NCBI GenBank assembly: GCA_951406725.2
Contig: OX597814.1
Coordinates: 108,128,001 to 108,192,000 of the forward strand
DNA length: 64,000 nt
Origin: Octopus vulgaris
Taxonomy: Eukaryota
Direction of reading: 5' to 3'
Positions 37,301 to 51,058 of this stretch are shown here, in pieces. A program made the position numbers and the translations under genes. Under the pieces are notes generated by a model. That model worked only from the letters and a program-made list of their open reading frames with translations. It ran no database searches and was not told the DNA's origin. Within the stretch, counting starts at the first letter, position 1. Each line of letters starts with the position of its first letter.

Positions 37301-39939
37301 GGAAGATTTCACTAAAACTTTTGATACCAACTTGCCTGAGGCTGCCGCTGTTTTTAAGATACAAACTTACTCTAACCTTTTAACATTTAAACTGGCCATA
37401 GTCAAACTGGCCGAATCCAGCTTCTCACACTTACCCTACAATGTCATTCTAAATATAAACAATCACATCAAAATGGTGAAGCAACAAGATGATAAATGCT
37501 TAATTCAAAACAATCATCATCATCATCATCGTTTAATGTTTACTTTCCATGCTGGCATGGGTTGGATGGTTTGAGTGAGGGCTGGCAAGCCAGAAGGCTG
37601 CACCAAGCTCTAATCTGATCTGGCAAAGTTTCTACAGCTGGACGCCCTTCCTAATGCCAACCACTCCAAGAGTGTAGTGGGTGCTTTTTACATGCCACCG
37701 GCATGGAAGTCAGTCACGCAGCAATGGCATCGACCACACTCGAATGGTGCTTTTTATGTACCAATCAGGCACCACTGGCAGTGATCATGCTTGAATGGTG
37801 CTTTTTAAGTGCCACTGGCATGGGAACCAGTTAGGTGGCACAAGCATTACATCTGATAGAGTAAACTGAATGTTAAACAGTTAAAAGGGAGCTAAAGTAA
37901 AAACCCGCCATCAAAATTGCATGCTAATTTATGTTCTAATCACTAATTAAATGACAAATTTATTTTACTAAATTCATTACTTCCTAAACTGAAATGAAAG
38001 CAGTCTGTTCTAACAGAAACATGTAAAAGTGAAACTTCTCCACCTGGAAAAAAAAATAATAAAAAACAATTAAGATAAATATAAAGGGGAAATCTTGTGT
38101 TTGACCCTCTGGTTTCATTGGTTGTTAACCCTTTGTAGATGGATCTAGTACTGACAGTCTGTGCTGTGTGCCAGTATTAGGCCATTCAGTAACTACATAA
38201 TTTTCCATACAAGGAATTTAACAGTGTATTTGCAGATTCTTCTCATTGTGGTATATTTGAAAACACGGTGCCACACAGAGTGAGACAAAGCACTGCCCAC
38301 ACACACACACACACACACAGTGTTTTGATGCAGTTAGTACTGCTTTCCACCTGCAAGGAGTTAGATGTAAACGAATCTCAAGTCCTTACAGTCTTTTAAA
38401 AGATGATGCCTTATGCCATGAAGTGAGTGAGAAACTATCTCCCTGGATAAGCTGCTAGCTTATAGCCACTAACGTTCCCAGGCAAGACGGTAAATATTGT
38501 TGACAGATACACTGAGATATTGGAAACTAACATGATATGTGGACTGCATGAGATTTGAACTTGTGATTTATGATCAAGTAGTCTAAGATGTACCTCAATG
38601 AATGATTCCTCCTCAACCTTCAGCTCGTTATCTCATATATTCTAACAAACAACATAGAGTGAGAAGAGTAATGATTAATGACTCAGGTATATGTTCCTCA
38701 GTCATTAGTTTGCTTCTCGTTGATTCTGAAATGAGAATCTATCTAGAAATCGAAACATCTCTTTCAATGTACAATTAATTCTTTGCAATTTAAAGTTTAT
38801 TAAACAAGAAGACAACTAACACACACAAATCAAAACTAAAAAAAAAATACAAACAACAAAAGATAAACAAATTGAGAAAATGTTCATAAACGATAGCGAG
38901 TGATTGAAGACGAGGCAAACAGTAAATCAATGAACGCTGGATCAATACTGGGTAAAGAGAGAGAAGTGAAAAAATGCCAGCCACGTTGGTGGTTTCATGA
39001 TCGGAGATAAATCATGAACAGTTAAACGGAAAATAATAGAAATGAAAATGGAATTTTAGTAATTTTGTTTTAGATTGGTAAAAGGAATTCCGATGATGAA
39101 TAAACCAGCCTCGGGGAAATCTCACAAAACAAATGAACATTGATCACAGATTTGGTCTTTACAAGGAAAACAAAAGCACCCCCCCCCAAAAAAAAACAAA
39201 AGAAAAATAAACAAACAAAAAAAAACTATTGATTTTAAAAGTAGTAGATGCAATGTGCTGCAACACATTGCATCTGGCTCCAAACCTCGGTATTGCAGCC
39301 CGTAAAGCAGAAGAGAGAAAAGATAAACAAACACAGCAGCCTGCCTGGCTGCTATAAGTTTGTGCCAGGTCGCCATCAAGACTTCAAGAGTTCTCGGAAC
39401 CCACATTGCTGATTTCCACTGCAAAATCAGGATAACTGGGGCCCATTTGAAAAATAAGCTGCACGATGTAGGGCGACTGCAGCAATGTCACTGGCCATTC
39501 TCTGCAGCAACACCATTGCCATCCTGTCCACAAGCAGTGGCTAAACACGCCATTTGTTCGGGAAGTACAACCTGTTACTCCCTCTCCACCACCATCTTCT
39601 GCTGCTCAATTCCACCCCCACTTTTTTATTTTTATTTTTTTCCTTGGTAGTCCTGTCAAAGCTTGTTTCACCTCGTTATGGCTTAACAGTCCTTACCATC
39701 TGTTTTAACTGTCCTGGTTTTGTTATCAACTTTGACCCTCCACAAATCCCAAATTTCATTTAATTTGCTTTGCAAGAGTGACTGTTTTGATGAAGACACA
39801 TCTTGTCCAAATGCTCGAAATGTGGAGTAGATAAAACAGGGGACAACTGATGAAGGGATTGTTCTTTATGTTGCCTGTCTCACTTTTCTATTCGTTTCTT
39901 TCATTGTTCGAAAAAAAGTTCGTTTTCCATGTTGTTTAT

Positions 39940-40285
39940 GTATATATATATAATATAAATTGGACATGGGCGATCGTTGTATTCTTTCTTGTCTTGAGGT
40001 TCACAGCCAAACGGCTGGGTGGATTCGCGTGAAAAATGGCACACCTATGGAGGCGGGTGCATAGATTGGAATGCAGTTTGCATTTTTTCCCTAGCCCCCA
40101 TACTTACCAAGGAAATCGACTAAAACTTTTCTAAAAGAAATTTTTCATACAGCTGGAGGTTCCAATTGAAAGAGGGGGACTCAAAATGATAAGGTTGAGA
40201 AACGCTGTTATAGATTATGCCTAACCGAAAATGATCACACCCACATCATCCAAACAGTCCGGGTGAAACCGGGCTTAACTGCTAG
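39940..40285 (+). mobile_element. Non-autonomous Helitron (3' end clear, 5' end approximate)
   Basis: Hairpin ccgg-gtgaaa-ccgg just upstream of CTAG|T at 40282-40285. Confidence 0.55.
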
Positions 40286-41689
40286 TATAATATCTAGAGA
40301 GAGGATATGAGGTGTTTAGGACAAACTGACTCAAACTTATAGGAATGCATTCTGAGTGCACCAAAAGGCACGCCACCAAAATTCTAGTTAGAACAGCAGC
40401 TGAAGTTCAAAAACGACTATAGGTGGCATCCCTTGGAGTCAATGGATATAGGGTAAATCAGTGACGGAAAAGCAAAACGATTAGCCAAAGCAGGTCAAGG
40501 GACATTCAATTTAATTTAATCTAAGGCTTAGCTATATAACAAATGGTAAAAATAATAGAAAATGGTTGCTGTCTCTGACAGGTGTCACTGGGAAATCCCA
40601 GCTATTGGAGCTGCCGATTCAAGCGAAGACTACAAGTTGGGTATTTTGTCATCAGAGAAATATGGGTTAGGGAGTGGAAGAAAGCTCCTTATCAATGATA
40701 TTTGTTGTGGTTCATTATGTCCAAGAGGATGGGAGGGTCCAATTAAATCCAGTTGGATCTGGTCTTCTTTAGATAAATCCATCATCAGAAAGATTATCTG
40801 AACATGTTCGCTGCCAGGCCCACATCACTGGCTCTGGTGCTGGTGGCATGTAAAAAGTACCAACAGATTGTGACCAATGCCAGTACCACCTGACTTGTTC
40901 CTGTGCCAGTGGCACATAAAAAGCACCATCTGAACGTGACTGGTGCCAGGCCCGCCTTACTGGATCCTGTGGTGGTGGCAAGTAAAAAGCACCCACTACA
41001 CTCTCAGAGAGCTGGTGTTAGGAAGGGCATCCAGCTGCAGAAACTCTGCCAGATCAGATTGGAGCCTGGTGCAGCCGCTGGCTCTCCAGACCTCAGTCAA
41101 ACAGTCCAACCCATGCCAGCATGGAAAACAGATGTTAATCAATGATGATGATGAATTCACCATGTGCAAATTTTTAGTCAGATCTTCTTGCTTTCACACA
41201 CACACACATGCATCCACTTAATGACCATTAGCAAACGCCCAGTCTCGTGTTAGGTCACGAATACAACCATACAAAAATAGTTGTGTAGTTAAGAAGTTCA
41301 TTTTGAAACCAACTAGATTTGGATTCAATCCAAGTGTAGGACAGTCTGTAGGGCAAATGCCTTCTATTATGTTGTCAAGTCTACCAAAGCTTTTCAAGTA
41401 GAACTTGGTTGACAGAAATTGTGTAAGGGAACCACCAAAAAGACCATCCTTGTCAGTGTGTTGTTAACATTCAGCTTTGTTTTTTTTTATTACCCAGAAG
41501 GGGCCAACGCAGAAGGAACATTACATGGACATGTGGGGACATAAAACATATATAAAAAAAAACATTAAAAAATAGACAAAAACGTGTGATACAATGCATG
41601 AAGATGAAAATGATAAATGGAAATGAGCTACCCACACCCCACCTCAGGCAGCATCACTTTCTTCCTTCAATTCCTTCGTTCACTGGCAT

Positions 41690-42110
41690 ACCTATTTCTT
41701 TACTACCCACAAGGGGCTAAACACAGAGAGGACAAACAAAGACAGACAAATGGATTAAGTCGATTATATCGACTCCAGTGCATAACTGTTACTTATTTAA
41801 TCGACCCTGAAAGGATGAAAGGCAAAGTCGACCTCGGCGGAATTTGAACTCAGAATGTAGCTGCTGACGAAATACTTATTTCTTTACAAACCACAAGGGG
41901 CTAAACACAGAGAGGACAAACAAGGACAGACAAATGGATTAAGTCGATTATATTGACTCCAGTGCGTAACTGGTACTTAATTTATCGACCCCGTAAGGAT
42001 GAAAGGTAAAGTTGACCTCGGCGGAATTTGAACTCAGAACGTAACGGCAGACGAAATACGGCTATGCATTTCATCCGGCGTGCTAACGTTTCTGCCAGCT
42101 CGCTGCCTTC
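41690..42110 (-). mobile_element. Tandem pair of SINE family B (other copies ~13660-13860, 19025-19180, 25200-25410, 27440-27665, 35960-36170, 61600-61800)
   Basis: Head ggcagcgagctggcagaaacgttagc..gagttcaaattcc (box B-like). The central cctttcatcc..ggggtcgataaattaagtaccag resembles the conserved Meta-type SINE body. Tail gtaaagaaata. Confidence 0.85.
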
Positions 42111-45100
42111 ACTGGCATACCAATGCTGTATTTTTTAGTTAGTCCATCATATCTCATATTTTCCAGTATATCTTCTTTATTGCAGTCAACCTTCAATCTA
42201 TTCTTAGGCACTGCAAAACATTTGTGCCACGATTTTCCTTCTTTATCAATGAACTCGTTTAAACTCACCACCTGGCCCCTGGGTGACTTTAGTAGACTTC
42301 ATTGTGTTGTAAGCATTCAGCTTTAATTGCCTTCAAACAGGTCTTGGAGATATTAGAAACGGTCAAGACTGTTGCCAGCCAGAGAAGTTTTATAAAATCA
42401 AAAAAACAAACAACAAATTAACTCCAAAGCCAACATCATTTTAAGTAATGTTTCCTTGATTTTACTTGGTAGGGATGGTCTTTTTGATGGTTCCCTTACA
42501 CAATTTCTGTCAACCAAGTTCTACTCAAAAAGCTTTGGTAGACCTGACAACATAACAGAAGGCATTTGTGCTACATACTGTCTTACACTTGGATTGAATC
42601 CAAATCTAGTTTGCTTCAAAATGAACTTCTTACTGAAATTATCATTTTAACATCTACTTTTCCATGCTTGCAAGGGTCAGGTGGGTCTAGCTGATGGGAT
42701 GCTCTTCCTGTAGCAAACCCTCATGTATTTCCAAACAATATCACCACCACCCCAGTCCTTCAAACACAACTCAATGGGCTGAACACATTTTTGAGGCAGA
42801 TTGCAAACAAATAAATAAAATTACTTGTGTGATGATATTTTGTCTACAATAAGCATGTATTGTCAAGACAAGCAGTGACACACACATACACAAATAGGCT
42901 TCTTTTCAGTTTCCATCTATCAAATTCACTCACAGGCTCTGGTCAGCCTGGGGTTATAATAGAAGACATCTGCCCAAAGTACCATGTAGGACTGAACCGA
43001 AGACCACAAGGCCGGCAAGCAAATACCCTAAACACAAAGCCATGACTATTATATCTTATCTTTTATGTTTCAGTCATCAGACTGTGGTCATGCTGGGGCA
43101 ACGCTCTGAGGCAGTTTACTCAAATGAATTAACCCCAGTACTTATTGCATTTTAAGCCTGGTATTTATTCTATCGGTCTCTTTTGCCAAACTGCTAAGTT
43201 ATGGAGACATAAAGACACCAACACTGGTTGCCAAGTAATGGAGGTGGGACAAATACAGATACAAAGACACACACACATATGAAGGGCTTCTTTCAGTTTC
43301 CATCAACCAAATCCACTCACAGGGATTTGGAAGTCCAAGGCTGTAGTAGAAGACATTTGTCCAAGGTGCCATGCCATGGGACTGAACCCAGAACCATGTG
43401 GTTGGGAAGCAAGCTTATTACCACACAGCCATGCCAGCACCTTATATATTCATTTATTCTTTGTTTCAATCATTTGACTGCGGACCATGCTGGAGCACTG
43501 CCTTTAGCCGAAAAAATCAACCCCAGGACTTATTCTTTGTAAGTCTAGCACTTATTCTATAGGTCTCTTTTGCCGAATTGCTAAGTTATGGGGACGTAAA
43601 CACACCAACACCAGTTATCAAGTGATGTGGAAGGGAAAACAAACACCCACACACATATATGGACAGCTTTTGCTTTCCTATTTCTTTACCACGCACAGGG
43701 CTTTGGTTGGCCCGAGGCTATAATAGAAGACACTTGCCCAAGGTGCCAGGCAGTGAGATTGAACCTGGGATCATGTGGCTGGAAAGCAAGCTACTTACAC
43801 AGCAACTCCTGCACCTTTATTTTTAGGTCATCCATTCTTCCTGAAATTTAATCCTGTATGATACAGAAATCATTAGAGTTTAAACCTGAACAGGGTGAGC
43901 GAATCTAGGAAGGGTGTATTACATAAGAGAGAGAGAGAGAGAGAGAGTGAGTGAGTGAGTGAGTTTGCATTTGTTATTCCCTGATTTCATGGGAAGATTA
44001 GTTAGGTGTTGGAGCCATAGTTTTTACAGCTGTTTAGCCTTCCTGAAATCTAACCAAGACATAGGGAGTGGAACTTGATTAGTGTCAGCCAGTGCAAGGA
44101 GTGTTAAGAAGTTAACTTAACATGTGTGTGTGTGTGTGCTGAAAATTAAATCAAACATGCTGTCCTCTGGTGGATAGTTAATATAGGGGAGACAATAATA
44201 ATAATAATAATAATAAACATTTAATGTGTGTTTTTCCATGCTGGCATGGGTTGGATACCTTGACAGGATCTGGTGAGCTGAAGGGTTACGTCAAGCTCCA
44301 ATGTCAGTTCAATCCTCACAGCATTTGGTTTCCAAAGCCCCTGTATCCATGACAGGACTGTCCTAGAGGAACAAAAGACCTGGCTGGCTGCAGAGATATG
44401 CTGGTGCCGCCGTCTGTCATGATGCACCTTGGCATCATTCCTTAATGCTTCAAGAATGATGACAATGTCAACAGCTATTGTGATGCTAGTGGCACCGAAC
44501 TGGCTCTTGTTCCAGTGGCACATAAAATGCACCATTCAAGTGTGGTTGATGCCAGTGTCGCCTGACTAGCTCATGTGCTGGTGGCACATAGAAAGCACCA
44601 TTCAAGTGTGGTTGACGCCAGTGCTACCTGACTGACTCCTGTGCTGGTAGTACGTAAAAAGCACCCACTACAGTCTCGGTGTAGTTGGCATTAGAAAGGG
44701 GTATCCAGATGTAGAAATCTTGCCAGATCAAATTGGAGCCTGGTGCAAGTCCACTGCTCTAACCACTAGGCCATGTGCCTACACAAATATAAAACTTGGG
44801 AGGATTCTTTTGAGCTGACAATCATTGGAGATAAAAATATAGCAATGAACCAACCAGTTACAAGGAACTTGCTGGCACACAGGTCTCACAGATCCAGGGA
44901 CCATAGTAACACAGGGGTCTAACTGATCTGAGAGGATTCATGCTGGCATAGGGATCACACTAACTGATCTTGACACACGGATCAAGCTGAGGGAGATTCT
45001 GACACAGGAAACACTAACTCAGAAATCATACTGACCTAGGGACCACACTAATCCAGGGACCACAGTGACAAGGACCTAACTGATCTGAGAAGCTCATGCC

Positions 45101-46451
45101 AATATGGAGATTGGGCTGACACAGGGCTCACATGGGGATCCAAGAGGATCGTCCCAACACAAGGTTCACATGGAGACAAAAATCACACTGACACAGGGAT
45201 CTTATTGACCAAGTGGCTAAAACTTAAAAGCTGTGGCCTAGAAATAGAACATGAACATTCGTTTTTGAGAAAAGATTAATCTATGTTTAACACAACATAA
45301 ATGGAAACACTTTTTTTTCTTTATTCTGCTGATTTTTTAACAGCATCTCTTCTCTTGGCAGAAGCTGCATTGTTCCACACAAGTTCTAAAATAATACAAA
45401 ACAACTTTATATATTGTTTCTATGTATTCAATCAGCAACATCGTGACTGGAAATTGCAGGCCGGCTATCATCCCGGCTGCAGAACATTCATCATGTTTTA
45501 CAACAAGTATTTGTTATTTGAACACAGACATTTTATATTTTAAAAATCTAAACAACAGCAACAACAATAATAATAATAAAAGAACTATCGAAATAAATGT
45601 TGTTTGTGAAGAAGAATACAAAATTAAATGAAGATTTATGGAGACTTGGTAGAAATAGAGGTGGAGCTTAGATGACAAGAATTACAGAAATGTATAGATT
45701 CAGGAAGTTAATTATGACAACATGGGTATTTAACACCAGTGTCACATAACCAGCCCACTCAAAAAGTACCTTTGGATAGTAGGGTGACATGCGTGCTTGA
45801 GGAGACCCATTGAGTCAAGTACATTATCATTAACATTAAAATCAAATCAAACCACAATCAAATGGAAATTGTAGTTGTGGCTGATGCCAGCCCTGTCTGT
45901 CTGTCTCCCTTTGCCAGTAGCACATAAAAAGCACAGTACTGGAGGAGTAGTATGCAGGTGTCAATGAATGGTTGAATGACCAAATTCAAGGTTCTCTGCT
46001 AGTTCCTTAACAGTTATGATGGGATTTTGTTCCACCAGGGTTTGCAGAGCATTCTCATTGAACTCTACAGATCTTCAAGGATAAGGCTCGTATTCTAGGC
46101 TGTAGTTTCCAGCTCGGAGTTTCTGGAGCCACTGGCTTACACTTATTGTCCGATCCCCATATACTGCATTAATATTCCTCGCACTTTCCATTGCATTGTT
46201 GCCTTTATTGACCTCAAAGCAAAATATGCCAAATATGCTCCTTTACCACTTCCATTATAACTTTGAAAAAAATAACTGTTAAAATCGAATTGCACTCCTC
46301 AAAACCTGCACTAAGAATAAGGACAAAGTAAAATTACTACCTGCTTTTATAGTAAGTTGATGCAGGTAGTTTATCCCATCCCCCTCTGACTTTTAGTTCA
46401 TGCAATTGACCTCTCCACACCCATACATGGTTTATGGGATGACCCTATATA

Positions 46452-46963
46452 TCTATATATATATAAAACTGTAGTTGTGTGAGTGTCTGTCCCCTTCGAT
46501 TTAGATTCCTAACTACTCCCACATTTTGGGGTGCAGTTTAACCAAATTCGGGTATCTTATAGTCGTGATTCATATCAAGCCCGTCTGGGTATTAGCGCGC
46601 GTCTACGATGAGTCTACGATTTAAAAAATAATTTAACATTTTTTATTCCATTTTAATGCATATTTTTTCGTGTCGATGGCAGCGGAGTTGGCGTCCATGG
46701 TCACACCTGCACCTGTGTTGCTTCTCCTCCTTCTTCCCTCCCTCGTGAAGCTGTGGGGGAAGGGAGTGTAAGGAAATCAACGTCGTAAAGCGTTGTCAAG
46801 GAGACCAGCGTTCTTTTAGAACAATGACTTCATGGCTTGAAGACACCAAAACAGAAATGGCTAAGAAAGCCCGAATTGGCATCTATAAGGGAAGTAACTC
46901 TCTAAAAATGCTTATATAGTTATTTCCCTTACAAACCCAAGCAACGCCGGGCGATACTGCTAG
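46452..46963 (+). mobile_element. Non-autonomous Helitron, apparently complete
   Basis: A|TC 5' end at 46452, 3' hairpin ccc(aagcaacgcc)ggg, then CTAG|T at 46960-46963. No TSD. Confidence 0.75.
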
Positions 46964-47789
46964 TATATATATATATATATGATTTTTCGTTGTGCTTATT
47001 GTCCTGTATCTCTCTCTTTTTTTGCCTGTCTTGTTCCTTGGTTTGTGTCTATGTTTTCGTCTCTCTATGTGTTCGACGTCTTTTTTGGTGTCCTGTACAC
47101 ATATATGCGCGTATATGTACATGTAGAGGTAGGTACGTACATATATGTTTATATATATGCATATATTTTATTAACATATATATATATATATATATAGTGT
47201 GTGTGTGTGTGTGTGTGTGTGTATGGAGATGATGTGCAGCAAGAGAGAAGGGAAGGATAGGGAGATGTACAATGACAGATGAATGTAGAGGTATACAGGA
47301 GTAGCCGAGTGAGTCGGGGTATAAAGGTGGCAAGGAAGGCTGTCAACAGCTAATATGACAATGTAAAAAGAATGAAAGCAGATATGAGAGGGTGTTTTAA
47401 AGATAACATGGCAGTCCTAAAGTGTAGCTAAGAGGAAAGGGGGGAGATAACTGAAGGCACAGAAAGTGGTGATCAATGGAAATAGGTGGTAAGAGCCGGT
47501 ATTGAGAATGAGGGATAGATGTTGAAGGAAGTAGTCCCAGGAAGAGGGTGGAGTAATGGTAGCACAAAGGGGAGAGCATACTCTGTTCTCATATGATTAC
47601 ATCAGCTGATAGTGCCATAGTTAGAAGAGTGGTGGAGGAATGATTTCTATGAAATGAGAGTTGGGGGAAGCTTGATGAGGGACAGATCCACCCCCCTGGG
47701 GAAAGGTACCAGGGGGTGTATAGACATAAAACAGAATGCTTTTAGGAGCTTGCTTTCAAGACAGGTGGGTGTGTGTGAGTGTTGGTGAT

Positions 47790-48045
47790 TCATAAGAATG
47801 AAAGGGGTTAAATCCAGTTTTGGCAGAGAAACATAAAATGGGGAGAAATGGGAAAATTTTGGACATTATATATAATTTAATCTGATTAGCATTCTTCTGT
47901 CTTGTTCTGAAATTTATTTTACTATTTTTATTAATGTTCTTGTTTTGATCAAAAGTATCTGCAGCTAAGTTTGGTAGCAGGAAGAAGGTATTAGAAACCT
48001 GGCAGCTGATTATCTATTCTGTTCCATTTCTGCTATTGGAACTTT
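47790..48045. repeat. Dispersed ~250-bp repeat, second copy ~51675-51925
   Basis: Both copies share ggttaaat..ttttggcagagaaacat...tatctgcagctaagtttggtagcaggaagaagg. Confidence 0.75.
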
Positions 48046-48570
48046 GGTAGAAAATGGTGGTTTTGAATCCTAAATCTTCCCAGTTGAACACGTGATCGAT
48101 ATGGTAATGAATTCAATCATATACTAACATTTGAATATCTTAATTTACGTCAGGAAACCTTAACATTATTCATAATTATCATTATTTTCCATTTTATGCC
48201 AGTCTAATTACTAGAGGTACAATGACCCCATAGATGTGCTTTGGTTATTTATCTGTAGTCCTGATGAAATAGACCTCTGATCAAAACCTTTCCAACTGTG
48301 ACCATCATCATCACTTTCAACATCCACTTTTCTATGCTTGTGTGGGCCAAATGGAATTTATTGAGGCAGATTTTCTATAACTGGATGCCCTTCCTGTCAC
48401 CAGCCCTCAGTTTTTTCAGGCACTCATATTTCTCCATGCCCAGACATGTCTTCATAGAAAATCAAAAATGGACAACACTGCCTTTATGTCAATGACACTC
48501 ATTTATAATTATCACATGGCATCATGACAGCATTACATGAATGTCCAAAATCTGTTCCACATTATTTTAC

Positions 48571-48760
48571 TTAGCAGGAATGTTGTCTTGAGGTTTGGTG
48601 ACAAGTCTCCTCAAGAATCTTTCTTGAGATTCCCTTAGAATACAGGATTGCATTTTTCTGCAGGTTGACAATGCAAATTTCAATTCCAATATTCTTCAGC
48701 CTCTTAGGTAGCAGTTTGGGTGTTGCACCAATCACTACAGGAACAATTGTCACTTCTGTC
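48571..48760 (-). mobile_element. C-terminus of an RLE-type (R4/NeSL-like) non-LTR retrotransposon
   Basis: IVPVVIGA..KRLKNIGI....LQKNAILYS..ISRKILE is typical of the region after the restriction-like endonuclease. Confidence 0.65.
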
Positions 48761-48934
48761 TTTCATAATCTCTTCCTCTCTCTCCAATAAGGTCCTGACC
48801 TTTCTCAATTTCTTTGAAATTCATTCCATTATCATAATAGCATTGCAACAACAAAGCTCCTGCATTCTTCAGTGTGTTCATAGTCATGCCTTGTCTCCTT
48901 TTTTTTTGTTGTCATTATTATACATAAAATCAAA

Positions 48935-49480
48935 TTTGATGACTGGCATCCGTGCTAGCAGGGTGCAAAGAGCACCATACGAGTGTGATCATTGACAGAG
49001 CAGCTAACCAGCTTCCATGCCAGAGGCACATAAAAGGCACCATTCCTGTGTGATCATTACCAATGTCGCCTTACTGGCACTTGTGCCCGTGCAAGTAGGG
49101 TGTCAAGAGTATCATCCAAGCGTGATCGTTGCCAGAGCAGCCAACTGGCTTCTGTGCCGGTGACACATAAAAGGGCACCATTCAAGCGTGATTATTACCA
49201 ACGTCGCCTCACTGACACCTGTGCCGGTGGCATGTGTAAAAAGATTCAAGCGAGGTCGTTGCCAGTACCGCCTGACTGGCCCCCGTGCCAGTGGCACGTA
49301 AAAAGCACCCACTACACTCTCGGAGTAGTTGGCATTAGGAAGGGCATCCAGCTGTAGAAACTCTGCCAGATCAAGATTGGAGCCTGGTGCAGCCATCTGG
49401 TTTGCAAATTCCCAAGTCAAAATCATTCAACTCATGCTAGCATGGAAAGCGGATGTTAAACGATGATGATGATGATGATG
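48935..49480 (+). mobile_element. RTE 3' tail / RTE-dependent element with tandem ~60-bp units and (GAT)n end (many copies, e.g. 16720-16975 -, 20030-20345 -, 28940-29290 -, 33465-33715 +, 37515-37840 -, 40810-41155 +, 44480-44750 +, 49905-50195 -)
   Basis: Repeated gtgccrgtggcacrtaaaaagcacc units, then aggaagggcatccagctgtagaaac...catgctagcatggaaag..gttaaacgatgatgat. Contiguous with RT sequence at 59765-60485 and 61880-62995. Confidence 0.85.
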
Positions 49481-50344
49481 AAGGCAGCAAGCTGACAAAA
49501 TCATTACCACACCAAGCAAAACGCTTAGCAGCATGTCATTTGTCTTCATGTTCCGAATTCAAATATCCTTTAACCCTTTAGTGTTCAAATTTATATATCA
49601 AAAGTAATCCTTATTCATTTACATTTAAAAAAATTAATCTGGTATTATCTTGTAGCTTCAAGATTTGAAAGATGTAATTGTTTATTTTTAGAATGACATT
49701 GCAGGGTAGGTGTGAGATACTGGTTCTGGCCAGTTTGAGCATAAAATGAGTAGAATATTCGGGCCAGATATAGCCGGTTTAAACACTAATGGGTTAAGGG
49801 TTGATAAAATAAGTCCCAGATGAACACTAAGGTTGATGTAATCAACTTAATCTGACCCCAAAATTTTAGACTTTGTACCTACAGCAGAAAGGATTGTCAT
49901 TATACATCATCATCATTTAACGTCCGTTTTCCATGCTGGCATGGGTTGGATGGTTCGACTGGCGACTGACAAGCCAGGAGGCTGAACCAGGCTTCAATCT
50001 GATCTGGCAAAGTTTCTACAGCTGGATGCCCTTCCTAATGCCAACTACTCTGAGAGTGTAGTAGGTGCTTTTTACGTGCCACCAGCACAGGGGTCAGAGG
50101 GGGCTGGCATCGACCACCGGCACGTGAGCCAGTCAAGTCAGCGCTGGCATCAGCCATGTTCGGATGGTGCTTTTTATGTGCCACTGGCACCAGAACCTGC
50201 TGGAGCTGATGTGGCTGACATCGTCATTCAACCATTCATTAACACCTGCATGCCACTCCTCCAGTACTGTTCTGACCTCGTCTACAGAATTCATATTTTT
50301 GCTGTCCAAATGATTTTGAAGACTGTGGAAAAGTCTGCAAATTA

Positions 50345-51058
50345 GGTCAAGTCCAATCATGTGCCGAGAGTGAATGCGTGCTCTTTGCTGTCATGTCTCA
50401 CGAATGAACCTGTTTTGGACTGAATAGTGACTAGTGATGAAAATGTCAAATGCCAAAGATAGTGGGTAGGGAAAGGAGAAACACCAGCATCCCAGACTAA
50501 AGAAGGTCTTCACCCATGTAAGGTGTTTGCTATCTGTTGGTGGGATATGAAAGGTTTAGTCCACTTTGAACTTTTAAACCTGAACTGAACAGTCACAAAA
50601 GGGATCCACTGCAAGCAGATTGAGTGGCTTAAGTCAGTGCAAAAAGAAAAACAATCGTCTTTGTTTTCAAGACGAAAGGTGTTCTTCCATCAGGATGATA
50701 CTTGGCCACATACAGCAAAGATGACAATCCAAAGGCCGGAGCAGTTTGAACGGGAAACGATGCCCCACCCACCATATTTGCTAGACATTGCCACATCTTA
50801 TTTATTCCACACTCTTCAAAATCACTTGAACAGCAAAAATATGAATCCTGCAGACAAGGTCAGAACAGTACTGGAGGAGTATTTTTTTGTCACAGACAAA
50901 TGAATTTTGGAAGTGGGGCCTTGCAAGTCTACTAGAAAGATGGAAGAGCATTGTTGAAAATGAAGGAGAATATATTTTAGATTAAAAAAGAACTTTATCT
51001 TAATTTTGAAAAATAAAAGAAGTACAAAAACCTGCATCATTTATGGGATGACCCAATA
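50345..51058 (+). mobile_element. Decayed mariner transposase with right TIR
   Basis: IVTSDE, LHPCKV..WWDMKGLVHFELL, FFHQDDTWPHTA, MPHPPYLLDIA..YLFHTLQNHL. Ends ttatgggatgacccaata; the same TIR is seen at ~46432-46448. Confidence 0.88.

Noticed and set aside
39782-39880. TTGATGA..GAAA and a nearby CTGATGAAG
   Set aside because: Cores incomplete and stems unconvincing; at most a heavily decayed PLE end.
48935-49320. CRISPR-like repeat/spacer appearance of the gtgcc..ggcac units
   Set aside because: The intervening sequences are homologous to one another, the context is a eukaryotic LINE tail, and there are no cas genes.
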